Shown here: positions 26,201 to 37,784 of the stretch, piece after piece
Position numbering within the stretch: the stretch's first letter is position 1
Layout: each line of letters begins with the position of its first letter
Assembly: GCF_009834535.1 (NCBI RefSeq)
Contig: NC_045707.1
Location: forward strand, 60,762,001-60,826,000
Direction: 5' to 3'
Source: Camelus ferus
Taxonomy: Eukaryota
Length of the DNA stretch: 64,000 bases
The notes under the pieces: generated by a model
What the model was told of the DNA's origin: nothing
Database searches by the model: none
What the model saw: the letters and a program-made list of their open reading frames with translations, nothing else
Position numbers and translations under genes: made by a program

Positions 26201-27519
26201 CTTAAATAGAATATTAAATGTTTGGAATAATCCACTGCTCGAATCTATGTGTATTGAAAATTTTGTGATGGGTAAGAAAAAAAAGAACCTTGCTATTACA
26301 CAAGTATACAAAGCCCACATGAAAAAGATTTCCCCCCTCTAATCACCTATTAGTCCATACTGAGTCAACATCAGGCATGTTTCAAGAAATCATTCCTCTC
26401 TAGTTTTCCTCACTTTTCCTCCATCCTCCTCCCCTCCCATATTTGCTCTCCTCAGAATTCAGCTGCTTCTGGCCAAAAGTCAGTTGGTTCTTATTGAGGA
26501 CAATGAGAGAGCTTACAGGGTTCTCCTGCCCTATGCAAAAGAATAATGGGTAAGGAAAACAGTCCCTCACTGATAAACCTCAATGAAACATTTATAAGGT
26601 AATTTTCTTACTTATATTGACCACACTCTGATAGGTGTCCTGTGTTGTGTTGTTAAGATAATCAACTTTTTTCACCTTACAAAATGTTCCTTTCTTGTGG
26701 AGATAGTGGGTCCTTACAGTGGTGACACATCACAGTAATTTGAGTATACTGTAAATATTTGTTGAGTGCTTAGCATGTACCAAGCACCATGCAAAAACAA
26801 AAAAAGCTTTGTAAACATTCTCACCCTCCTCAAAACCTTGAGATTTGTCTATTACTTATTACCACCTTTTTTTTTTAAGATGAGAAAAGTGAAGACAAGT
26901 TACATGCTAATGTCACATAGTGAATGTCACAGCAAACCCAGCTCTAAATCTTAGGCCCATACTCTTGACCATTTCATCCTTAAGAGTGTGTGTACGTCTT
27001 AATGAAACAGTATGTTCTTTCTGCTTAAGTTTTTTTCTGCGGATTGTGTCCAATAATCCTGGGCCACTGTGTTTTTAAAGTATATCACCAACGTAAATAA
27101 GTCTTCACATCTATCACCTCTGCTAAAGAAAAAGCAAACTGTGGTGGCTAGGGTTTCATAGTGACACCTAAGCCCAGGATATGTGGCAAAGCCCCCTGCA
27201 GAAGGCAGAAAGCCTGCAGCTTGCGACCGGGGCTAAGCCCTCCCCATCAGTCCTGCATCCTCAAAGAGAACAGCTGACGGAGAGTGGACAGAATATGTAA
27301 GAGTCGAATTCAGAGATTTTGCTACGGAACAATGAACTTTTGACCGGGGTTGGGAACGAACCGAATTCTAGCCGCGGTGCCAAGTCCTTCCACTGTCATG
27401 CCGACTTCCTGAGAGAAAGTTTCCTGGGAGACGGAGAGACTTGGTGGCAGCTGAAGTCACTGGAGGAGAATGAATTCACCTAGGGGGATGGGGAAGGGCT
27501 TGCGGCTTCCTCTCCAGGG

Positions 27520-28020
27520 ACAGCTCCACGATAATCGCGAGCTCTTTTCTATCTTCGCGGGCTATTGGGCCGCTAGCCCCAATCGGCGGAACGGCGGGGC
27601 TTTTCCGTGAGCAGGCGGAAGGGCAAACGCCTCGCCCAACCAACAAGTCGCGCTACCACCAACTTCCGGCCTCCAGCCCGCCCCTTCCGCTTCCAGCTGC
27701 GTCCCGCCCCGCTGCGTCCCGTCCCGTTCTCTCCCGAAGGTTCTGGGGTTCTGCAAGCGGCGACCGGAAGTGGCCCGAACCCAAAGGTTATGGCAGCTGC
27801 GTGTTCTTTGAAGGCGGCGTTGCAGGTGGCGAAAGTGCTAGAAACCATCATGAGCTGCTGCCTGGGGCCGGAAGGGCGGCAAGTACTGTGTACGAAGCCC
27901 ACGGGCGAGGTGCTGCTCAGCCGGGATGGAGGCCGCCTCCTGAAGGCGCTACACTTAGAGCATCCTTTAGCCAGGTACCTGCGTCGCACACCCAGCCCGT
28001 TAGAGCGTCCCGTAACCAGG
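27520..28020. promoter_or_regulatory. CpG island / BBS10 promoter with ETS (GABPA/ELK-type) sites, GC boxes and CCAAT
   Basis: Sharp local rise in GC and CpG; ACTTCCGG 27662-27669, CCGGAAGT 27764-27771, CCCGCCCC 27677-27684 and 27703-27710, CCAAT ~27579; spans exon 1. Confidence 0.85.
27790..27974 (+). CDS. BBS10: BBS10 (Bardet-Biedl syndrome 10, chaperonin-like BBSome assembly factor) exon 1
   Basis: gttATGG start; [61 protein letters not shown]; group II chaperonin-like GPxG / DG motifs; CAG|gtacct donor; 185 nt. Confidence 0.95.
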
Positions 28021-28406
28021 AATTCACATCCTGCACTCCAGCCCATAGATAGGCACCCCAGGCCATCTCCCTGAACTTCTTGTCCCTGAGGCTGTGCTCC
28101 TGGAAAAATTGACCTTGGATGAGACGAGTGTATGCTCAGAATTAGAGCGATGTCCAAGGGAACATTCCTGGACATCAAATCTTTAACTGACGAGAACAGT
28201 TTTCACCCCTCTCATTCCGGCTCGACCCAACCCTAGAATCTTGAATTAGAGCAAAGTAACTTGAAAAAGGAAAAATCTTAAACTAAGTATATCAAACGGA
28301 CAGCTTTCGCATTTTATGCCTATAGCTGTGAAAACATGGTTTCAACTTGATTCAAATGTAGGAAGGCAGCCCTCTGAAAATCTGAATTGCTTTCTCTCTT
28401 GTACAG

Positions 28407-28920
28407 GATGATGGTGGCATGTGTTTCCAGTCATCTCAGAAAAACGGGAGATGGTGCTAAAACATTTATTATCTTTCTTTGCCACTTACTCAGAGGACTT
28501 CATGCAATCACAGACAAAGAAAAGGATTCTTTCTTTTCTGAAAATATTCAAACCCATGGAAAGCATTGGAAAAATTGTTGTCAGTGGAAATTCATTTCCC
28601 AAGCTCTTCTAACATTTCAGACACAAGTATTAGACTATGTTGTGGACCACTACCTAAGTAGACACTTTTTGTCCATCTTTTCTTCATCCACTAAAGAGAG
28701 AACATTGTGTAGGAACTCTTTAGAGATGCTCTTAGAAGCATACTTTTGTGGAAGAGTGGGAAGAAATAATCACAAGTTTATTTCACAATTGACGTGTGAT
28801 TATTTTTTCAAGGGTATGGCTTGTGAAAGTGCGTTTGAGGAAGTATTTGAGTTAGTGGATGACTGTTTTGTCGAGTTGAAAGTTGGTGTCACCGGCCTCC
28901 CTGTTTCAGAGTCCAGGATC
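28407..28920 (+). CDS. BBS10: BBS10 exon 2, part before the frameshift ([22 protein letters not shown]...[12 protein letters not shown])
   Basis: tctcttgtacag|G acceptor in phase 2; GDGAKT ATP-binding motif; homology leaves this frame after 28920, which then stops at TGA 28975-28977. Confidence 0.93.
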
Positions 28921-28921
28921 A

Positions 28922-30373
28922 GTAGCTGGGCTTGTGCTTCACAGAGACTTTTCTGTGTACTGTCCAGCAGATGGTGATGTAAGAATAGTGATAGTAACAG
29001 AAACCCTTCAGCCTCTTTTTTCAACTTCTGGATCAGAGTTTATTCTAAATTCAGAAGCACAGTTTCAGACATCTCAATTTTGGATTACAGAAAGGACAAA
29101 AGCAATAATGAAACATTTACAGAGTCAGGATGTAAAATTGCTCCTATCCAGTGTGAAACAACCAGACTTAGTAATTTATTATGCAGGACTGAATGGCATA
29201 TCCGTGGTGGAGTGTTTATCATCTGAAGAAGTTTCTCTTATCCAGAAGATCATTGGTCTTGCTCCCTTTGTACTACCACAGGCCTCTTCACAACATGAAG
29301 TTTCTAGCACTGCTTTGGTGAAATTTTGTAAGCCCCTTATTCTTAGATCCAAAAGGTATGTTCATCTTGGCTTGATTAGTACATGTTCATTTGTACCACA
29401 CTGTATAGTTCTTTGTGGACCAGTGCAGGGTCTTGTTGAACAACACAGTGATGCTTTACATGGAGCATTTAAAATGCTTCGGCAGTTATTTAAAGACCTT
29501 GATCTAAATTATATGACTCAAGCTAGTGACCGAAATTGTACTTCAGGTCCTCTTATTTATAAGAATAGTGGAGAAAGTAATCAGTTACCAGAAATTGTTA
29601 ATGGTTCAATACAAAGGCCATATCAGGGCACAGTTGTAAAAAACAAAGATGAACTGGCAAAATCTCAAACATATTTAAAAGTATATTCAAATTTGGTAGT
29701 TCCAGACATAGAATTAGAAACACATACCCCATGTTCAACACTAGAAGTGACACCAACAGATGAAACACTGAGATGTTTATCTCCAAACAAAGCCATGATA
29801 ATTGATGACCATGAACCACGTATTGAAAGTAATTCTGCCAACTCAGCAACAAAAAACACTGGAATAGACATTTATTATGAAAATTTACAGGTCACAAAAA
29901 TTGCTGGAAAGGGGGGCATGTTACCAGTGAGATGTACGTCACTAGAAATGAGTACTTCCCTGAGTTACTGTTTCTCATCTATACCAGCTGGTTGTGTTTT
30001 GCCAGCGGGTGGTAGTTTTGAGATCTTGTTACATTACTATCTTCTTAACTATGCCAAAAATTGCCAGCAATCAGAAGAAGCCATGGTTAGTATGATAATA
30101 GCTAATGCACTTTTAGGCATTCCTCAAAGTTTGTATAAGTCTAAGAAAGGAAATTACTGCTTTCCACAAATTTATGTAAGAGCTCTCAGTGCGCTGCAAA
30201 CCAATCAGCCCATAATAAGCAGTCAGACAGGTTTGGAATCAGTTGCTGGTAAATACCAGTTACTAACTTCAGTTCTTCAATGTTTGACAAAAATCTTAAC
30301 CCTTGATTTGGTGATCAGTATTAAAAGACAACCTCGGGAAATTTCTGATCAAGATTCAGAAGAGGAACTATAA
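28922..30373 (+). CDS. BBS10: BBS10 exon 2, part after the +1 frameshift ([13 protein letters not shown]...SDQDSEEEL*)
   Basis: 483 uninterrupted codons matching the BBS10 apical and C-terminal regions as recalled; TAA stop 30371-30373; removing one base at 28921/28922 gives a 716-aa protein. Confidence 0.93.
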   Translation, partial: VAGLVLHRDFSVYCPADGDVRIVIVTETLQPLFSTSGSEFILNSEAQFQTSQFWITERTKAIMKHLQSQDVKLLLSSVKQPDLVIYYAGLNGISVVECLSSEEVSLIQKIIGLAPFVLPQASSQHEVSSTALVKFCKPLILRSKRYVHLGLISTCSFVPHCIVLCGPVQGLVEQHSDALHGAFKMLRQLFKDLDLNYMTQASDRNCTSGPLIYKNSGESNQLPEIVNGSIQRPYQGTVVKNKDELAKSQTYLKVYSNLVVPDIELETHTPCSTLEVTPTDETLRCLSPNKAMIIDDHEPRIESNSANSATKNTGIDIYYENLQVTKIAGKGGMLPVRCTSLEMSTSLSYCFSSIPAGCVLPAGGSFEILLHYYLLNYAKNCQQSEEAMVSMIIANALLGIPQSLYKSKKGNYCFPQIYVRALSALQTNQPIISSQTGLESVAGKYQLLTSVLQCLTKILTLDLVISIKRQPREISDQDSEEEL

Positions 30374-31207
30374 AATTGGAAGTTTTTTATTAACTCAAGT
30401 TTTAATCCAACTCAAGCCATAAAGCAAAGCAGGATGTGACCGCTGATTCTCAAGTCAGTTCAGTCTAGTTAGGAAAACAGCGTAACTTCGAAAGTCTTTA
30501 GAAGTACACCAAGGCCAGTGGACATTCAGACACAAATATTAGAGACTACATTATGGAACATTTCTGAGGAGGAAGCCTTCTACATGAGTGAAGCCAAGAT
30601 CTGAGTAAGTGTCTCTTCCCCCTCAGTGTCCCTACATGTTAGTCTGTGTATTTGGGGAAGGGTGTTTCCTTGTAGGTCCTTTTTACTTTTCTGTGTCTCT
30701 TTTCACTCTTCATCTCTTCTCCCTCGCCTTTCTATATTTACTTAATAGAATAATTTAATCTCAGATTTGGGTGGGTTCGTCAAGTGCTATCCTATTTTAA
30801 TCGTTCATGATCTAAAACATTGTTTGGTTCAATTAAAATAATTTATTTTCCCTACTCATAATTTCTAAAGCAATGAGTAAAAGTCTCATTTTTTTCTCAA
30901 ACAGTATATAAATTAAATTAGTTTTTACTTTTATTTGGCCCCTTGTTTTTTTACACTTTGTGTGGAAAAGCCTAGATGGATTTTTTTCACCATTCATACA
31001 CCATTGAGGATGTTACCAGAAATGTGACTTTGTGCATTGTGAACTTGTTTTCATTTCTTCAGTTGAAAGTTAATTCCAAAAAGGATATGAAGTTCATGCT
31101 GTGATTTTCTCTTTTCCTGTAAGAGTTTGAAAAAAATAATCCATGTATTTGCTGGTTTTTCTGTTTGATGCATAGCCAGTTAATAGTAACAAGTAATTTG
31201 AGAATTA

Positions 31208-31528
31208 CAGTCAGCCCTCTGATCTTGGGTTCTGTATCCACAGGTTCAACCAACCATGGTTTGAAAATATTCAAGGAAAAAAATTCCAAAAAGTTCTAAA
31301 ATGCAAAACTTTTAACTTGCGAGGTCCAGTGGCAACTATTTACATAGAATTTACATTGTGTTAGGTATCATAAGTAATCTAGAGATGATTTAAAGTACAC
31401 AAGATGATGTGCGTAGGTTATATGCAAATGCTATGCCATTTTATTTATAAGGGACTTGAGCATCCACAGAGTTTGGTTTTGGCAGGGAGTTCTGGAACTA
31501 GTCCGCCTTGGATACTGAGAGATGGCTA
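31208..31528. mobile_element. TcMar-Tigger MITE (MER2-like) within the BBS10 3' UTR
   Basis: TA-flanked; ends 'cagtcagccctc' and 'ggatactgagagatggcta' form degenerate inverted repeats; internal 'taagtaatctagagatgatttaaagta'. Confidence 0.8.
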
Positions 31529-31698
31529 TATTAAAATATGAATTTCTAGTGGTTATATTTTATTTGAAAGGTTTATAAATGCAAATAATAGTGTGCATCT
31601 AGCCATGGATATAAGGACAGTCTCTTCTACTTTTAGTAGTTCTCTGTAACACCCAGGTCAGTAATGTGTTCATACCAAGTGTTAAGAATTGCTTGTTG

Positions 31699-31704
31699 AA
31701 TAAA
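31699..31704 (+). terminator. Probable BBS10 polyadenylation signal (AATAAA), giving a ~1.35 kb 3' UTR
   Basis: AATAAA followed ~30 nt later by TGTGTTT-type downstream element. Confidence 0.55.
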
Positions 31705-32783
31705 AGTGTTATCTTTACTCTATTCTAAATATGTGTTTACCGTTTACTAATTTGACAAATTCTTACTGAGTGCTTACTGTGTGCCAACTGCTGGATATAA
31801 TGTGATAAAACAAATAGATATGGTTCCTGCCTTCATGCAGCTTTCCTCATAGATCAGTGAATAGATGCGTGACACTACTTGGATAGAGATTAAATTTAGG
31901 AAAACCAATTTTTAAAATTTAATTACAGTTAAATTTGAAACAGTGACGACTAGAGGTGTTTTAAAAACTAATATCCTAGTATGCAGATCTCACAATCTTT
32001 ATATTAAATATAATTTTATTTTTGTAAGGCTTATGCTATGTGATGGTATCATTTCATATCTGTGATTATGGAGAGAATATATTAGTTCTATTTCTTATAC
32101 TGAATTCATAAATACATGAACCTACCTGTAATTTTTTCCATTTACTTTTTTAAATTGCCTGTCAGTTTACTTGATAGTTTTGCTTTATTTTGTTGTTGTT
32201 GTTTTAAATACTTCTCCATCACTGAGAGCATTCACAGACTTTTCCCAGGCATGCCCAGTGCCTTGCTTTGTTGGGCGTTTTATAGCTATAAATAATTAGT
32301 AGCCCAGGAGCCCCTTTGTAAGCTGGGAATGGGTCTTTGTGTGTTTGGTGCATAATGTAATATCGCACACAGAAGTAGCCAATAAATGTCTGTTGAGGAA
32401 CTTGTTGGTCCTTGGAGATGAGGTCATAATTTTTTTCCAACAAATTTTCATGGAAAAGGATCTATTTTGTGGGGGAAGAAGCAGAAAATGTAGGCAAAGT
32501 CTACACAAAGCAATCTTTTTTTCTTTTAATTAAAAATCCCTCAAAAATGGTGATAACACTTTCGTGGGTTATCTTATCATTTATAAAATAACACCAGTGA
32601 GTTTACAATACTGGGTTAGATAACAGAGCACTTTAAAATGATAATTACATTGTACTTAAACCCACTTCCACAAAGGATTTGAGGTGACCTGCAACAAAAA
32701 CAGACAAAATTACAGTAAAATCTGAATAAAAATGGAAAACTCAAGAACAAAGAAAATGTAAAGATAATTAAAAGTCAAGACCA

Positions 32784-33063
32784 TGTCCTGTTTTCATTGC
32801 TGCATATTGAACAACCTCAAAACTCGCTTGATTTAAATCACTGTATTATTACCTCTCATGATACTGGGAGTTGCCTGAGTTTAGCTGGACAACTTTCACT
32901 GTATTCTGTTGATTGAAGCAGTCACAAAGGTCAGCTGAAGTTCAAGGGGAGGGAACACAGGCCCCACCACTCAATGGGTAATGTCAGTGTCACATTATAA
33001 GAAGAGCATGTGAGATGAGATATGCTGAGGCAGCTATCTTTGGAAAACAGAATCTGCTCCACA
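32784..33063. mobile_element. MaLR LTR fragment (MLT1-like)
   Basis: 'cacattataagaagagcatgtgagatg...atctttggaaaacagaatctgctccaca'. Confidence 0.65.
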
Positions 33064-33491
33064 TGGGAGAGAAAAGAGGACAGATACGTGCTAACTTCTC
33101 AGCTGAGTTTTTTATTATTATTTTCTGAAGTTACATGTCAGTCTACCTCTCACAAACACATTTCCCCAATAACTTTAATGAACTCCTTATTTTTTCTCCC
33201 TGGGCCAGCACAAGGCATTTTTATTCCCCAAACAATAGGCAGTAAATAGTTAAACATCTCTGAACTGCTTTGGCCAGGAAGCTATTTAACCGTGTTACAC
33301 TGAAAGTGTCATGGTATCCATGTTTTAGACTAAAAGGGGTGGGGGGAGGAATGCAATTTGAGGCTGAACTTTTATCAGTAATTACACATCCCCTCCCAAA
33401 AGGAATAGACTATGTCTTTCCCATCATCACAGCACAGCAGAGAAGACAAAAGTACAGTTCAAGGGGGGAAAATATAAGTATGTATACATTT

Positions 33492-33493
<2 letters not shown>

Positions 33494-33535
<42 letters not shown>
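33494..33535. repeat. (GT)n microsatellite
   Basis: Directly visible, ~21 units. Confidence 0.97.
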
Positions 33536-33536
<1 letters not shown>

Positions 33537-34369
33537 TAGTAGTTTGTTGCAGATTTGTATGTAGCAAGAGATTGGTAACAACCTAAACTCTGGATGGATA
33601 CAGAAACTAAATGGTGTAGGGGCAGTGATTGGGGAGAAAACATGCACAGGGAAGAGGTGTTAGAAGATCATTTCTCAGTATATACCTTATGCCATTTTGA
33701 TTTTTCAGCCATTTGAATACAACTTACTCAAAAATGAAATAAAATTTTTAAAAGTATATTTAGAGCAAGCACATAGAGAATGTCCCCCAAATAGCAATAA
33801 AGTGATAAGGATCCTGATCTAAGGAAACCCAAGATCAGCATGAAAGAAAAACTATGTGAAAGACACAGCAATGGATCAATAGACCTTTTACAAAAGAAAA
33901 GAGATACAATCAAAAGAGGTTATATTCCCTTAGCTGTACCTGGCTAGGGTTTTCTCAGCAATTCTGGAAGCATTCTCCCTTAGGCTACTGTGGGCCAAGA
34001 AGTGCCTACTAGCACGATGGCATTCATTTCCTCAGGGAATTTCCAGCCCTGGGGCTGGTTCCCTCTCATGCAGACTCATCAACAGATTTTGTGAGCACTT
34101 TGAGAATGGCTCTGTCTCAGGGGCTGACTCAAATCAAACTTGTGAGTGTGATCAGATTATTTACAATGAGAACTGTCCCAGGAACTAGAATTTCCCAAGT
34201 CCATCTGACCAGTCTTTATGTGTGGACCTATATGTGGGAAGTCAAATAATAATCAGGTCGTTTGCTCAGTAAGCTTGGACTCAGAACAAGAGAAATCAGA
34301 TTAACAGCATCAGCCTCCTCCCAGCCTGTTATGCTCTAGTTCCCCAGTGCTCTGGCCTGGCCCTATTCA

Positions 34370-36240
34370 CCTCCTCTTGCTTCCTGTGGGATTCTAGCCA
34401 GTTCCATCACTTGGGTGCCACTACATGCAGATGATTCCAAATTTTGTATTTCCAGCCATCCTCTTCTCTGAACTCCCAACTCATCAAATTCCCATCACAG
34501 TCTCCACGTGGATGCTCACGCATAACATGTCCAAAACAGGATTGCTATTCCCCGTCCCCTGAACCTGGCCCTTCCCCTGCTGTCCCATCTCAGTTAATGG
34601 CATCATCAGTCTGTCACTTGCTCAGGACAAAAACCTGCATGACATCTTGGCTCAAGTCTTTCTTTTACAGCCCACAGCCAGTCTATCAGCAAATCTTGCT
34701 GGTTCCACACATAAAGTAGATTTCAAATTCACTTTTTCTCACTCTTGTCGTTCAGCTCAAATCGCTTCATGTTGCACCTGCAACAGCCTGCTATTGGTCT
34801 CCTTGGCTTCTATCTCACCTTGTGCTTCTCTAGATTGATTTCCACCCACCCCCCAACTTGTTTGGGGGGGATGTGTAACTGGGTTTATTTATTTAATTAA
34901 TTTATTTTTGTAATGGCGGTACTGAGGATTGAATCCAGGACCTCGTGCATGCTAGGAACATACTCTACCATTCAGCTACACCCTCCCCTCCCAAATTTTT
35001 ATTTAAAAAAATTTAACTCCACAAAAAAAGTTGAAAAAGCACAATGAACACCCACATACCCTACATCTAGATTCACCAATTACCATTTTATCCTTTGTAC
35101 GTGTGTGTGCAAGTGCACACACATTACTAACCATGTGAAAGCAAGTTATATCCCTGAATATCTCAGTATGTATTTCCCATGAACAAGGACTTCCCCTCCA
35201 TAACTGAATGATTTTTAAATGCAAATTATGTCATGTCATTCCTCTGCTCAAGGTCCTCCAAAGGTTTTTCCTTCACACAAAATAAAATCCAAATTTATCA
35301 TAGTCTGTGTGATCTGTCCCCTGCTTATCCCTTATCTCATCTCCTGCCACTCTCCCTCTAGGTCTCTCCCCACCAGTTACTCTGTAAGTCAGGGCAGGTT
35401 TTGCCATACTGAGGTAACAAATAACTCCAGATCTCAAGAGGCTCGACACAAATTGATTTCTTGCTCACAGTCATGTCTGTTGAAGGTTAGCTGGGGACTC
35501 ATACCACCCTGTATCTTCCCCACTGCTAGATCCAGGATGATGGAGCAGTTACTGTCTTGGACATTACCAATCATCGAGAGAGAAGAAGAAGAAGAAGGAG
35601 AAGAAGAAAAGAAATCTAGAGAGGCTTGCATTGGCTCTGTTTATAACTGTCACGTGTCACTTCTGCTTGTGACTCACTGTCCAGAAGTAGTCACATGGTC
35701 ATACCCATCCACAAAGAAACCAGGTAGTGCAGTCCTACCTTGTGCCTGGAAAGAGAGAGAACCAGAACATTTGGCAAACAGCACTCATGAGTACCCAGGC
35801 TGGCCTTCTTTCTGTTCCTTGCACACACAAGTTCATTCCAACCTCTGAGTTTTCCACTTGCTGTTCTGTCTGCTTAAAATTCTTCCCCTCTGATCTTCAT
35901 ATGACTCACTTCCTCACTTGATTGAAGTGTTTCTACTTTAACGTCACCTCCTTATAGAGATGCCTTTCTTGACCTTTCAGTGTAACATAATACCATATTC
36001 CTTCCCATGACCTCCCTTGTTCACTGCTTTTCTACCTCGTTAAGTTCTTTTTGAAGCACATATCTGATGTTGTTAGTGTGTGTCTTTGTTTTTTGCATTG
36101 ACTGCCTTCCCAAATAGAATGTAAACCCCATGAGGACTTTGACTTTTTCGCTTCCATACTTCCAGCATGTAGGATAGTGCCTGGCCAACTAGGCACTCAA
36201 TAAAGTTCAGTGAATGAATGAATGAGTGAATGAATGAATA
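34370..36240 (+). mobile_element. L2 LINE interrupted by a SINE, an L1 fragment (~34995-35215) and an MLT1 LTR (~35384-35790)
   Basis: L2 motifs on both sides; ends 'taggcactcaataaa...(tgaa)n', the L2 3' tail. Confidence 0.7.
34858..34990 (-). mobile_element. tRNA(Ala)-derived SINE of camelid vic-1 type
   Basis: Minus strand reads 'gagggtgtagctgaatggtagag...catgcacgaggtcctggattcaatcctcagtacc' (pol III A and B boxes) followed by an AAAT-rich tail. Confidence 0.8.
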
Positions 36241-37399
36241 GGAATGGATCAATTGAAAGACTGACCAAGGCTGCCTTCTCTTGAGCAGTGATCAAGTAGA
36301 TCCAACTAACATTTACCTCAGTGACTCCACTCTTTTTGGTTCCCAACACTGCCCAAACTCTGATGGACACAAGTTCTTTTTAAAATACTAAAGCACAACA
36401 GAGTTCTGACAACCTGGAAGACATTCTCTTCCCTTCAGGTGACTTAGCATGTCTCTGTTGTAAACAATCATTTGTTCATTTTAAAGAGTTGCTCTCAGTC
36501 GGAAATTTTATTCACTATTCTGTGCTGAAAGCCTCCATGTAGCCTTATGTATTGATGACATGTTGTATTATGGCTGAATTACACTTATGCTTAGGCTAAC
36601 AGTCTGGTAAATATGCATATTCTTGCAGTCTCTGTCCTTCACAACTACTCCTTTGGATATTTGTGTTTAGCACGAAGTAAAATCACCAGTCACCAATGCC
36701 AGATCTTATTGTAAATAGATACCTGGGTGAAAACCTCCCTGATCGTAGCAACCACGGTTCTTGTGCCCAGAATAAACACACCTAGTTCGTGATTGGATGT
36801 GCTCCATAAACTCCTGGGGTGGGTTCCATTATCTGTCCCCCTATGCAGAGAAATCCCTGCTGCAGCAACAGAAATGTCCATTTTTCTTCAAACAGGGGGC
36901 CCCATGGTATATTTACTCTTAATACATACTCCAGAAGTATGTTTATGTGTAACTTCTTGAGTCTTCACTTGTGTTTCTGTCACAATTTTCACATCATTGT
37001 GTACTTAATTAACTCCTATACTGGATTCTTCTAATTTGCATTATATGTCTTAAAATATACATTAACTTGCAATATAATTAGTCTTAGTAGTTAGGGTTTC
37101 TTATACAGTCCTTCAGGTAGTAATTCCTTCCAGAGCATTAGCACGTGATAACTTGGGCATAACTTGATAAGGGAGTTTTCTAATGTGCTCCTTGAGAAAA
37201 CTTTGTTGGTCATTTGGGGGAAAAAAAGCTCGTTTTGTATTTCTATTGTTTGCAGTATTTTACTCTAACCTCTAACCTGAGAAGTGAAAAAGGGTATCTT
37301 TTATATATGTATCAGAAGAAACAAAATGAACTGTATAGTGAAGACAAAATTGGAACATTTTGAAGATTGTGTTTCTGTTCTAAATTTCGAGACACTGTA

Positions 37400-37625
37400 T
37401 AGTGGAAAGAACATAGTACTAGAAGTCAAGCAGACCAGTATTGCCATCCTGGCTCTACCAGTTACTATTTGTGTAACTTTGGACACTTGCTAAATACCTC
37501 TTCTGCCTTAATAATAGTACCTACCTCACACAAGTGTGGTGAAGACCAGTGAAGATGTCTTATGAGAAGTGCCTACACAATGCCTGCCACATTATTAAGT
37601 AGGAGCTTCATAGATATTAGCTTTA
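37400..37625 (+). mobile_element. MIR SINE
   Basis: 'tcctggctctaccagttactatttgtgtaactttggac...ataatagtacctacctcac'. Confidence 0.7.
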
Positions 37626-37784
37626 TTTCTTCCTTTGGTTGCCCACACATTTTAAACTTCTCCCTTCCTTCCTCCAGTTCTTCAGTTACACTAGGTATCC
37701 GGTGCCCTACATGGAAAAAAGCTGAGGCCTGTGGGACTTAACGCCAGCATGGACTGTGGATATCATAGGTACAGTAGAAATTTG

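Noticed and set aside
27607..27789. Stop-free in-frame extension upstream of the BBS10 ATG (GTG start)
   Set aside because: Lies in GC-rich promoter/5' UTR where stops are rare; low-complexity R/P peptide; the ATG at 27790 has good Kozak context.
27573..28178. 201-aa minus-strand ORF over BBS10 exon 1
   Set aside because: Antisense shadow of a GC-rich coding exon and CpG island; no recognisable domain.
28890..28960. Programmed ribosomal frameshift or tiny intron rescuing the BBS10 frame
   Set aside because: No X XXY YYZ slippery heptamer at the site; homology is contiguous on both sides, leaving no room for an intron.
28883..30373. 496-aa ORF as an independent gene
   Set aside because: It is the out-of-frame remainder of BBS10 exon 2; its TTG start is an ORF-caller artefact.
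34915..34985. tRNA-Ala gene on the minus strand
   Set aside because: Degenerate stems and an attached AAAT-rich tail indicate a SINE, not a functional tRNA.
35219..35848. 209-aa ORF with a poly-Glu run
   Set aside because: Spans L2 and MLT1 repeat pieces; the Glu run is a (GAA)n microsatellite.
36690..36881. Minus-strand ORF containing TDNGTH, reminiscent of a retroviral integrase DNG motif
   Set aside because: A single short motif without other integrase residues; consistent with chance.
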